From an uncultured Clostridia bacterium (GTDB taxonomy: Bacteria > Bacillota > Clostridia > Christensenellales > UBA1242): 64,000 bases of DNA. A model generated the notes under the pieces. The model worked only from the letters and a program-made list of their open reading frames with translations. It was not told the DNA's origin and did no database searches. This document shows positions 49,301 through 56,852 of this stretch, piece after piece (within the stretch, counting starts at the first letter, position 1; every line of letters begins with the position of its first letter). A program made the position numbers and the translations under genes. Where the stretch lies: NCBI GenBank assembly GCA_937896905.1, contig CALBOE010000010.1:3080-67079 (forward strand), given 5' to 3'.

Positions 49301-52300
49301 TTAATTTCAACTGTATATGGCGTTCTTGCAAACACTGCATACACACAATAATTTATGCTTTCGTCGGTAATAATTGTTGTTGGAACCCAAACTTTGTTAA
49401 CGTCCCAATAACCTATTTTATATGGATTTGTTGCTATTAAATCATCATAACCAACGTTCACGTTCCCCGTTAAAGTATATGTTGTGCCATCTCCGTCATT
49501 ATATGGAGAGTTTGCACCAACAACCATATCAAACACACCCGCATTATTCGAAATTGTGTAGTCATACCACTTTCCAGAAACAGACGAGTCTGTCCAATTT
49601 TTAATTGATTTAGCCGCATCAATCTCGTCGAAATTTGGAGTTGCATTCCAATATTGTTCACCAATAGATTTGAATGTTACCGTATATTCTCTTAAAGGAA
49701 CAACGGCATAAATATAAATATCCGTGTTAACATTGTTTGGAGGGAAGGTGGTGTAATTATTTTTCCATCTGCCATTTGTATCCCAATAGCCAATGTAATA
49801 CGTTACTTTTTCACGAGACACCCCGCCCATTGTTATAGCTAATGTTGCTGTGTAGGTTACGCTGTCGTTATAATGACCGTTATAATTTATTACAACATTG
49901 TATTGATTGTTAGAAGCAGAAACTTTATATTCAACATAACAAGTGCCCAAACCGTTTGCTCCGTAAGTCCATTCGCCAACTTCTGTTGCGTTTTCAACTC
50001 GCGACTTAACTGGAGAACTTACCGCATTTCCGGCATCATTTAAGTTCCAATACTCTTCACCAATTGCCTTTAAGTGAACTTGCCTTGCTGTTCGTTCAAA
50101 CACTGCGTAAACATAATACACGGTGCTGTTATCGTTAATCTTTGTTGTTGAAACCCAATTTTTGCCGTACCAATAACCAATTTTATATGGATTGATTGCA
50201 ATTAAACCATTATATCCAACCAAAACATTTCCCGTTAATGATGACGTTGTATCTGCACCATTATATGGAGAATTAGCTCCTGCCGAAATATTAACGCTGT
50301 TACCATTTGCTGAAATATCATAATCATACCACGCTTGCGAATGGCTCGGCATTGTCCACGATTGAATTGATGGAGAACCATCTATAACATCTTTTTTAGG
50401 AGTTGAGTTCCAATATTGTTCACCAATAGACACAAAGTTAACTGTGTAAATCTCTAAAGGAATAATTGCATAAACATATAAATCAGAATCCGCTCCATTC
50501 ATTGCAAAGGTGCTTTTATTGCCAACCCAAGTTGAACCATTCCAATACCCAACTTGATAACTTACTTGAGATTTTGAACACCCTGCTTTAATATTACCTA
50601 ATTCAGTTGAATGTCCAGTGCCTGCAACTGTTACAGTATAATCGTTGCTTTTTGTTTGAACCCTATTCCCAACATAGCAAGGGTTTAAAATTGGCAATGT
50701 CCACATAGCCACCTGGTTTCCCGCAGCTTCTAACGCAGATTGCGTGCTATCTGGGGTTGAATCTGTCCCCCAAAGCTGTTCTGGCACCGCAAATAAGCGT
50801 AAACTGTATGGAATTCTTTTTAAAACCGCATAAACATAAACGTTTTGGTCCGCACCATCAGTTAAGCCAGCATCAGTAGCATCGCCCACTCTGTTGCTAG
50901 GTATTAATGTATCTCCAATCCAATAACCAGTATAATACACTATATTTGTATCATAATATCCCGTGTTAATTGATGATATTGTTGAACTTTTACCGCCTAT
51001 ACTAAACGTTCCATTGTTGTTTGTAATTTGTTGCCCATACCATTTACCTTGTAGTAGCGTTGGATCCCATGTGCCAACTTGTGCTGAATTTAGGGTTGAG
51101 GCACTAACATCAGGGGTTGCGTCTGCCCCCCAAACTTCCTCGCCAACCACTTTAAAATTAATGGTGTAAATTTTTCTTGGAATAATTAGGTAAATATAAT
51201 AATCTCCACTTTCATTATAGAAACTGGTTGTGGCCGTCCATGCGCTGCCATTCCAATAGCCTGTTTTAAAATACCCTTCCGAAATGTTTGTTGAATATCC
51301 ATTTGGCATAGAGCTTGCACTTACTGTAGAGGAGTTATCGTCACTGCCAACACACGCTTTGTAATTCTTTCCATCTGTTGTTCCGTAAAGACTATATCCA
51401 ACATATCCAATTAAGTAGGATTGTGGGTTCCAACTTGCCAAAGCCTGTGCCGAATTTAGCGTATTCTTATCTGGTGACGAATCTGACCAAAACTCTTCGC
51501 CAACAACTTTCAAGTTGGCAACATAAATAATTTCAGGCACAACGGCATACACATAATGGTCGTCAGCTGCCCCAATGGTCCAAGAATTTGTCCAAGAGGA
51601 CCCTCCCCAATAGCCAACATTATAAGTTATGTCACTTTCGTTGTATCCAATATCAACATTTGTAATAGTTGAAGATTGATCTTCAATAATAAATGTTCCG
51701 TTGGCGTTGCTAATTTGTTTGTTGTACCATTTGCCTTGCAGCAGCGGCGGAGTCCACGCACCAACTTGGTTTGCTTCAAGTGTTGATAACGTTTTTGAGC
51801 CGCTCCAAAGCGATTGGCTAACAACTCTAAAATAAACGTTGTAAGTTTTTGGCTCTATTAGCGCATAAACATAATATTCAGTAATGTTTCCTTCTTCGTC
51901 CCCCGTTCCTATTTTTGCAGGTGTGGCATCTACCCAGGTTGAGCCATCCCAATAGCCTATTGCATATTCCTTAACAGAACTATTAAACCCATTGGCTGTT
52001 ATGGTTAGCGTGTAACTGTCATCTCCAACCATAGCGGTTAAACCATAACCAGACATGCCCCAATCAACTCTGCAACGTTCAATTGTGTCAGTTGGCGACC
52101 AAGTTCCTAAAGCAGTTGAATTTGCTTCCAAATAAGGATTTTCTTCCCACTTGTCGTAATCAACGGCTTTTAATTTAACAGTGTAATCCTTTGGGGTTAT
52201 TAATGCATAAATGTGGTGTGCCGTTTCAGTAAAGCCAACTTTTGCATTGCTCCAACTTTCGTTTTCGCCAATTTCCTCCACCCATGTTGTACCACTCCAA

Positions 52301-54897
52301 TATCCCAGGATGTACTTAATGTCAGATTTAAGATACCCGACACTGATTTCTGTTAAAACTGAAACTATGTCTCCGTCAACCTTAGCTCCACTGGCATCGA
52401 CAGAAATGGATTGGTTCATTTTAGCTTGCGAGTATGTTGGCGAAGTCCATGTGCCCGCTTTAAGGGTTTTGTTTTCCGCCCACGCTTCGGCATCTATTGC
52501 GGAAAAGGTAATGGTGTAATTAATTTCCTTAAGCTCTGGGGCAATAACAAACCAAGGGGCATTGTCATTGTTCTCATCCACCAGGGCAGATTGCCCGAAA
52601 AGGCCATATATGTCTGAAGCAGTCTTTGTTCCAGAAACTGTACGAGAGTAGTTACTATTATATAATATTGAAGGTTTAGATTTATTAAATGTATATTTAT
52701 ACACTCTCCATCCGGACAATTCATAGCCAGAGCCTAAATATAGAGAGTAGGATGAACTTCCTATACTAATGCCACTATCGCCACACGTTACTGTAAGAGA
52801 ACTATTTTCCGTACGGTGAGAATAATAGTTATACTTCTTAACTGTCCATTCACCTAACTGAGGAGCAGCCGCAGGAATAACTTCAAAAGAGGATCCAGCA
52901 AAATTTGAATGGCTTGCCGTATATAAAGCCCCTGCTCCAAAGTCACTTAATATGAAATCTAGGTTCCCAGTTTTCTCTTCAACAGAAGAACAACCGAATG
53001 TTGATGACCCCCCTGAATATATTTCTCCAGGGAATTCTGCTCCTATATATTCTGCACTTGCCACAGCAAACTGATATCTATATTTTTTAAATTTTGCCGT
53101 AATGCCACTAGTTGAAGATGACACTCCCTGCCACTGGTCAAACTCATACCCCGGATCCGGCACCGCTGTTATGGTGTCTCCTTCAAATGTAAGCGTGTTT
53201 CCCGAACTTGAACAATTCCAAGAAATGGTCTCGTTTGTCCTTGCAAACTTTACATACGAAAATGAGAACTGAGTTACACCATTCTTTTTTAGTTTGCCTC
53301 CCGTTGTGGCCGTTATATTAACTTCTTTCTGTGTCCACTCACGCCCAAACTCTGGTCCACTTCCATCCGGAGGCAAAAACCATGTAAGATTAGTAGATGA
53401 ATCACTAATGTCCCAACCCGCATTAATGTATGACGAAAGCACCTGCACACTGCTAAAACAGTTATATCGAACGAGCTCCCCTGTAGAATACGCCACAAAA
53501 GAAGATTCTTTTGCTGCAGAATCCCCTCGCGGATTGGCCCAAGTTGTTGCAGTAGTATACACTTTATTTAATGTAACGCCTGAGGACCCCTCAACAGCTC
53601 CAACCAAGCCTCCTGCGCCAGATTTCCTAAGCCCCGAAGAGTAGACGCTCCCGCCCTTAACATAACAATTTTCAACAACAACCCACGCATCATTCCAAAT
53701 ATTTCCAATCAACCCACCTGCAAAAGCGTTACCGTCAGGGTTAACAGCGGAAATATCTGCAGACCTAACTCCACAGTTTTTAATCGTAAACTGCGTATCA
53801 TTGCCCACCGACATATTGAGGTTACCTCTCACACCACCAACTATCCCTCCTGCACAAGCGGTCTTGTCGGAAGAACAGAGTATGCGGTCACCTATAACAA
53901 GTTGTGTGTTAGCAATGCTTCCCCCACCTTCAGCCAAAGAAACAATCCCACCTGAACATTCATAAAGCCAAGTTTCAGAATCGTCCTCTGCAAGAAGTTG
54001 CATAGAATTAGAGTCCGTATATTCAACATTTCCACTAACCCCATTTGTGATAATGGAGTTGCCATTTCCGTTAAAATGTCCGGCAAATGGTGTATTGACT
54101 GGTTGCGTATATTCCGGCACTTCTCCGGACGCTTCTAAACTAACCATACTGCTTTCATACGTTAAGCCTGCATTAAGATTGTTATAAAATGTTGTGAAGT
54201 GTGAAACTCTTGTAAGCGTTGCAGTTGTTGAAATCATTGCAGTTGAATTTAGCCCCGCCACCATTAACCTGGTGGAAGAAGCATTAAACCCTCCGGCGGT
54301 TAATTTTGCAGTGGTGGAATTTGTTGCACCGCTTTTGAATGAGCCACCTAAGCCATCGTCCCAGCAAACCCAAAACTCTTCAATTGAAGTTTCCGTTGAT
54401 GAGAATGCTAGTGCAGCTGCATCTGCATAAACTTTTTGCCCCGTTGTTAAAAGCCCTGTGTTAGTGAATGGGTAAACTGATTTTAAACTCCAATCCCCTG
54501 TGGAAAATGCTTGTTTAAATGTGTCGTCCGCCGCACCAAGCGAATTAACAATTTTTGTTATATGGTCGCCAGAAGAGCACTCAAACCCTGCCTTCCAAAA
54601 GTTGCCTGCACTAATAAAATTCTTAATTTCCAGCATTGTTACTTCTGCAACACCGTTGAAATTAGAATCTGCAACAACTAAGTCTGCAAATTGTTGTTCT
54701 TTATTATAAAAATAGTGGAAACGAATTTTAAACTCTTCGCCCGCAACATCAATTTCTTGGTTTGCTGCGCTAACAGTTAATTCATTTCCTCTGTTACTTT
54801 TTTTGTTATGCGCAATGCCAACAAAAATCGCCGAAAAAGAAAACGCAACTAGCATAAACACTATAACTAAAAGATTTTTTCTTTTGGTGTTAAACAT
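43369..54897 (-). CDS. Giant (3842 aa) N-terminally anchored surface protein with GLUG-like motifs and Listeria-Bacteroides-repeat-like modules
   Basis: Uninterrupted 11.5-kb ORF with SD AGAGGGG; signal/anchor KNLLVIVFMLVAFSFSAIFVGIA; FAGHFNGNGNSI plus AGGIVGG/AGGLIGN/AGGLVGA motifs; many GY.F.GW-type motifs; no LPXTG seen. Confidence 0.85.
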   Translation of the reverse strand: MFNTKRKNLLVIVFMLVAFSFSAIFVGIAHNKKSNRGNELTVSAANQEIDVAGEEFKIRFHYFYNKEQQFADLVVADSNFNGVAEVTMLEIKNFISAGNFWKAGFECSSGDHITKIVNSLGAADDTFKQAFSTGDWSLKSVYPFTNTGLLTTGQKVYADAAALAFSSTETSIEEFWVCWDDGLGGSFKSGATNSTTAKLTAGGFNASSTRLMVAGLNSTAMISTTATLTRVSHFTTFYNNLNAGLTYESSMVSLEASGEVPEYTQPVNTPFAGHFNGNGNSIITNGVSGNVEYTDSNSMQLLAEDDSETWLYECSGGIVSLAEGGGSIANTQLVIGDRILCSSDKTACAGGIVGGVRGNLNMSVGNDTQFTIKNCGVRSADISAVNPDGNAFAGGLIGNIWNDAWVVVENCYVKGGSVYSSGLRKSGAGGLVGAVEGSSGVTLNKVYTTATTWANPRGDSAAKESSFVAYSTGELVRYNCFSSVQVLSSYINAGWDISDSSTNLTWFLPPDGSGPEFGREWTQKEVNITATTGGKLKKNGVTQFSFSYVKFARTNETISWNCSSSGNTLTFEGDTITAVPDPGYEFDQWQGVSSSTSGITAKFKKYRYQFAVASAEYIGAEFPGEIYSGGSSTFGCSSVEEKTGNLDFILSDFGAGALYTASHSNFAGSSFEVIPAAAPQLGEWTVKKYNYYSHRTENSSLTVTCGDSGISIGSSSYSLYLGSGYELSGWRVYKYTFNKSKPSILYNSNYSRTVSGTKTASDIYGLFGQSALVDENNDNAPWFVIAPELKEINYTITFSAIDAEAWAENKTLKAGTWTSPTYSQAKMNQSISVDASGAKVDGDIVSVLTEISVGYLKSDIKYILGYWSGTTWVEEIGENESWSNAKVGFTETAHHIYALITPKDYTVKLKAVDYDKWEENPYLEANSTALGTWSPTDTIERCRVDWGMSGYGLTAMVGDDSYTLTITANGFNSSVKEYAIGYWDGSTWVDATPAKIGTGDEEGNITEYYVYALIEPKTYNVYFRVVSQSLWSGSKTLSTLEANQVGAWTPPLLQGKWYNKQISNANGTFIIEDQSSTITNVDIGYNESDITYNVGYWGGSSWTNSWTIGAADDHYVYAVVPEIIYVANLKVVGEEFWSDSSPDKNTLNSAQALASWNPQSYLIGYVGYSLYGTTDGKNYKACVGSDDNSSTVSASSMPNGYSTNISEGYFKTGYWNGSAWTATTSFYNESGDYYIYLIIPRKIYTINFKVVGEEVWGADATPDVSASTLNSAQVGTWDPTLLQGKWYGQQITNNNGTFSIGGKSSTISSINTGYYDTNIVYYTGYWIGDTLIPSNRVGDATDAGLTDGADQNVYVYAVLKRIPYSLRLFAVPEQLWGTDSTPDSTQSALEAAGNQVAMWTLPILNPCYVGNRVQTKSNDYTVTVAGTGHSTELGNIKAGCSKSQVSYQVGYWNGSTWVGNKSTFAMNGADSDLYVYAIIPLEIYTVNFVSIGEQYWNSTPKKDVIDGSPSIQSWTMPSHSQAWYDYDISANGNSVNISAGANSPYNGADTTSSLTGNVLVGYNGLIAINPYKIGYWYGKNWVSTTKINDNSTVYYVYAVFERTARQVHLKAIGEEYWNLNDAGNAVSSPVKSRVENATEVGEWTYGANGLGTCYVEYKVSASNNQYNVVINYNGHYNDSVTYTATLAITMGGVSREKVTYYIGYWDTNGRWKNNYTTFPPNNVNTDIYIYAVVPLREYTVTFKSIGEQYWNATPNFDEIDAAKSIKNWTDSSVSGKWYDYTISNNAGVFDMVVGANSPYNDGDGTTYTLTGNVNVGYDDLIATNPYKIGYWDVNKVWVPTTIITDESINYCVYAVFARTPYTVEINAIGEKAWSSNKSNVDAATRIAQWTSPTLSPCYIEYEVSASGHNVQVQYVGHYGDNVTLTSNIKSGSIANGYMTSTKDVEYHIGYWNGSSWVDSTIFPANAKDAQFKTIYVYAVITLKRYDVYFNAVSATTWSNGKPAIDASVEVATWSKKEFLNKIWYGYGITNNNEEIKIEYSATHSVYNDGNASSKITSVKPGYGSVVYKVGYWNNSTWVGEDVANGLAYSKIIGHTDDDIYVYAVYELVVYSVDLGYLATETEGWVKYTTINYTVEYANIEMPQFTPTGEVKDLLERTGAEFKGWIIGYKGAKTLSNQYTVAISGNKMTLTSSGVKIYLEIDAQKTSTNIDGNTYVQVNKLYCGGETPSYGNLRQTSNNPPFDIIADWSVDINFTMFRGDNSLWDNYEGANQPNNDKSLFAVVGGDGLNTIPGAVSFVVENGKTSTIFYKNQSGKAFSKVGEDVTAFTLNNKATTYDLYNYGYEITHWQTYFINTRGTYSFDVKNGTLTHKTGVTNNIATSLLGNTTWENIGGYVTYLNNLLKGSALADMCGTQVTLKPTWAIVKITPKGTNISSNTTSFMFDGAYELITRNANNVSHFITKSGASIAKTATKWNYHNPINSDFTLRSKVAYGSTIVPANYEVELTAHITINLHKITLTDCNKTNINGEFELAYKNTVYRWAGDADGSRPVLNASADSLSDIQINDEDGKFEFITSAKLDNFMWADAYAGTIHTEATTWNDLILTRKHDYQKKVYYHNDGFYIFLADTNSINLNEASEDDDNTTLPIFVNQHYVLVGWKSVKGTSNYFYKTNEFNNEIYADTVIGTPTTTWNQLQGEIFTAMYFRKSYLINARTLINNSLDRYGYMVITIKDTYTTEQGGIGENSYIAMSSTSSLKKMQYYLASSIVDLDEKTQIVSSTKNYKYSNGLVRILEKNNMTYLMLYSGCNLAVQVYDQSKDVPAMNSGKYDEMIGYRFVSADLLNPDNTSLFSISKQNGAGKTSYENGEVNNAIFDIYKHSTIFNLTANYEKIAYGLTFAMSSGDDTQGTFELSNGVTGQSNYVLTGINVNSYITVKYLAALGYEFSANAFTLTIDGQTTETVLQTYENSAQQQYSVLIDGAWLRENYYSVHTSYSVDDTCADSVGHTDCETHLGKIKVNTAMYKFDFIVKYIDESNGSADLGEKYIYNRAPASANGWKVTDNGGEIELTNIFELLTGLGCYGRHYNNKNYAIFETWAYAIASNSKELQYLEHVFPCYAGDRPGLTTNFLEDLPYLIESYVEGTIVPSANRVFKFIANCREIFKITINAAAPYAPQEHDTNSTVREVVVNCGTNNDAKLTLQPNSNFSETATAITYRGRVNELTSAFNPNYYNDCEITVKDSAGLVLNENESYANLANFEVYDNITLTVRFVPRPLPVNVTFKLKQGNSYGTIDFDSVRNVMSFTYELKCGENYVNNNAVYMGDEISYKASVAEHYVLTVMINGVIHGVYEGYNHTASRIIQVADFDYQPVEGELSCMAIDVVLEEMGKNQVVIGFAIEDGRTTQHNNYGNFEVFVGGNVVAETSGSTVLIGVYEKQGIKVKFNSLNTGIIYSGQVSHNKGSLKNYALVDSTLIITESFVPDDDKGYGQGGTYTIYLKKLNVNVKFDTRVEWDSNGLSNYTIKSAPNEVQIDGYYRKIENLYVGREISFVRTNDETEQLDYYFYLNANGNEVPIRRNGLAPQSSIEITSALLSEITSGEAMAKILAGEADFELTLGLKSVQKFTLTLNVVSGAEYLNPIDTGGYVLEADDVKKYYPKGTEIPIKVTAKPEWVGQVKIQLSQDLTTGQLEEINTSIILTNHKVVDVTAYVNTYDIEPVLGYQIREVGNPQNMSQEDVLTCWSKTGIIEANKWFQVKFVLSTQWGQLSSVKFSGNNAVPDLIISIEEGAKFNVDETDGASINSSGEITDTLGNKYNVRIENGELILEYFARGNVQLNITYTSLKEIGW
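48568..52518 (-). repeat. Eleven in-frame tandem protein modules (333-387 nt apart) within the giant ORF
   Basis: GYW codons recur at 52297, 51949, 51607, 51253, 50920, 50542, 50170, 49783, 49405, 49045 and 48682, each followed by a Y(V/I)YA(V/L/I) motif. Confidence 0.85.
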
Positions 54898-54948
54898 TTT
54901 TACCCCTCTATTGTTAACAGCTTTAAGCGCCAGAAGTGCCGCAAAAAA

Positions 54949-54970
54949 ACACTATTATTAATAATAGTGT
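54949..54970. promoter_or_regulatory. Perfect 22-bp palindrome ACACTATTATTAATAATAGTGT overlapping the putative giant-gene -10 box
   Basis: Self-complementary over all 22 nt; overlaps minus-strand TGgTACACT (-10, 54966-54971). Confidence 0.5.
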
Positions 54971-54994
54971 ACCACATTCGATTTTGTTTTACAA
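54966..54994 (-). promoter_or_regulatory. Putative promoter of the giant gene (TTGTAA-17 nt-TGgTACACT)
   Basis: Minus-strand TTGTAA at 54989-54994 and TACACT at 54966-54971 with an extended TG. Confidence 0.4.
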
Positions 54995-55025
54995 ATAAAT
55001 ACAAAAACTTTTAGCAAATGTTAAC

Positions 55026-55110
55026 AAAAAAATTGCCACCGCAAGTTTACTTGCCCCCGCAAAAACAATGTTTTGTTTTTGCGAAACGAGCGAATGCGAG
55101 TGTGGCAATT
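55026..55110 (-). terminator. Compound multi-hairpin terminator after the Rho-like gene
   Basis: Outer stem AATTGCCAC (55031-39) / GTGGCAATT (55102-10) encloses hairpins 55041-54 and 55058-83; T-run follows on the minus strand. Confidence 0.5.
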
Positions 55111-55116
55111 CCCTTA

Positions 55117-56190
55117 TTATATTAAATTTAGTTGTTTATCAAATTGCAAACGCTTATCTGCCAATTTTTCAAAAATTGAATTAGCATTAACAAAATTGCG
55201 CCCCATAACAGCCAAAAGAGTGATTGTTCCATTTTCAGTTGCCTTTGGAAGCGCCATTAAAGATTTTGTTTGTGCTAGCGCATTTGTGTCGGCCATTAAA
55301 CTTTGAACATCATCCACAGCAATAACCACGTTTTTGCCCCTTTCAAGCAATCTTTTTGCCCGTTCTGTTGCAAGCATAACAACCCGCCTTGAAACCTCTG
55401 CTTCTTCCACCAAATCACAAACAAATTTTTCGGCACTGCCAATTTCGTCTAGCAAAAATTTATTTTTTTCCACAAGCGAAATGTTAATATAAATCCTTGC
55501 ATCTGCTTGGCAATCATTCAATAAATCTATAACCGTTTGTGAAACATCATTGTTGTTAGAGCCATAAATGTAAGCCGAACTACCCAATTCTATGCCAAAT
55601 TTTTGATATTCTTCATTTGAAAAACTTAGCGTGTTTTTAGGGCGAATGGCTGGCAGTTGCGAATAATGCAATCTATCTTTTTTATGCTTCTTTAAAGGAA
55701 CACTGTTTATTGCATAAATTTCCTTAACTTGATTGGAATTTTCGCCCGTTCCAAGCCCACAAAAAACATAGTCGCCAGTTTTTATGCCATATTCGGAAGA
55801 CAAAGAATTTGGAATATAGTTACAATCTAAAACTCCATCTTTTAACACCCAAAGCAAAGTTTGCAAAGGGTTAATAACTTCGGCATAGCCGTAAACGTCC
55901 AACTCTTCTGTTTGATAGTTCACAGGGGTTACATTCTGTTTTAAAATTGTTGGAGTTAATGTTTGTGCTTGCCCAGTTACAAACAAATCCACAATTGGAT
56001 AGCCATAGTTTTTTGGTGGCCTTCCCTGCCTTGTTTTAGGAATGTGTGGAAGTTTTCTACCCTCGCTAATATCTAAAATATCCTCAATTAATTTTTCCTT
56101 GCTTTTGCTGGTTGGAGACGCAACACCTGTTCTTCTTGCAAATTCCCTTAACGCAAAAATGCTGTGACCATTTAATTGTTCCTTTGTCAT
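55117..56190 (-). CDS. Rho-like protein lacking a Walker A P-loop
   Basis: Rho_N-like helices, an OB-like segment and a RecA-core-like C-terminus collinear with Rho; the P-loop position reads GSNNNDVS; start set at ATG 56190 (GTG 56199 lies inside the SD). Confidence 0.65.
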   Translation of the reverse strand: MTKEQLNGHSIFALREFARRTGVASPTSKSKEKLIEDILDISEGRKLPHIPKTRQGRPPKNYGYPIVDLFVTGQAQTLTPTILKQNVTPVNYQTEELDVYGYAEVINPLQTLLWVLKDGVLDCNYIPNSLSSEYGIKTGDYVFCGLGTGENSNQVKEIYAINSVPLKKHKKDRLHYSQLPAIRPKNTLSFSNEEYQKFGIELGSSAYIYGSNNNDVSQTVIDLLNDCQADARIYINISLVEKNKFLLDEIGSAEKFVCDLVEEAEVSRRVVMLATERAKRLLERGKNVVIAVDDVQSLMADTNALAQTKSLMALPKATENGTITLLAVMGRNFVNANSIFEKLADKRLQFDKQLNLI

Positions 56191-56291
56191 ATACCTCACC
56201 TTTTAAGAAGTTTTCTTCTAATAAAGGTTAACATAAAAAAAATATTTTGTAAAGAAATTTTGTACAAAAATGTTTTTAAAAATTAATAATG

Positions 56292-56639
56292 TTATGCAGT
56301 TATTCCCAAACTAATCATAATAGCAATATCCACTTTTTGCATGGTTAAACTATCAATAGAGCCAAGTTTTTCTTGCAATCTGCGTTTATCTAGCGTTCTA
56401 ATTTGTTCCAGCAACACAACGCTATCCTTTGGCAACTGAAAAATATCCCTACTAAGTTCAATGTGTGTTGGCAATTTTGCTTTAGTTAGCCGGCTTGTTA
56501 TTGCTGCAATTATCACTGTTGGACTATATTTATTACCCACATCGTTTTGCACCACCAAAACAGGACGAACTCCACCCTGTTCGCTTCCAACAACCGGACT
56601 TAAATCCGCATAGAAGATGTCGCCACGATTTATTTCCAT
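56292..56639 (-). CDS. mazF: MazF/EndoA-type mRNA interferase toxin
   Basis: [29 protein letters not shown]...KLPTHIEL...[13 protein letters not shown] closely resembles B. subtilis EndoA as I recall it. Confidence 0.9.
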   Translation of the reverse strand: MEINRGDIFYADLSPVVGSEQGGVRPVLVVQNDVGNKYSPTVIIAAITSRLTKAKLPTHIELSRDIFQLPKDSVVLLEQIRTLDKRRLQEKLGSIDSLTMQKVDIAIMISLGITA

Positions 56640-56830
56640 TCTTCCCCTTTCAAGAATTCGATGGTTAGATAAGTGTCGTCAACCAAATCAAAGTTTGCCA
56701 AACTGCCAAATATTGCATTGGCATATTCAATGTCAGTATATGCAGAAACATCAAATTCTGGCATTGGGGGTTTTAGAACTTCTTTTAGGTTTAATATATA
56801 GTCGATATAGGCACTAACCAATTCGTCCAT
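56630..56830 (-). CDS. Small acidic protein, candidate non-canonical MazF antitoxin
   Basis: 66 aa from ATG 56830 behind SD AAAGGAG; 10-nt overlap with mazF; no RHH or AbrB-like N-terminus. Confidence 0.5.
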   Translation of the reverse strand: MDELVSAYIDYILNLKEVLKPPMPEFDVSAYTDIEYANAIFGSLANFDLVDDTYLTIEFLKGEEWK

Positions 56831-56852
56831 ATATTCTCCTTTTAATAACTTT

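Noticed and set aside
52211-53644. Antisense ORFs of 100-116 aa inside the giant gene (52211-52519 and 53294-53644, plus strand)
   Set aside because: They have no SD or promoter and lie opposite a strongly coding frame. Chance ORFs of this kind are expected in a long gene.
56191-56199. GTG start for the Rho-like ORF (MRYM...)
   Set aside because: The GTG is part of the Shine-Dalgarno sequence AAAAGGTGAGG serving the ATG at 56190.
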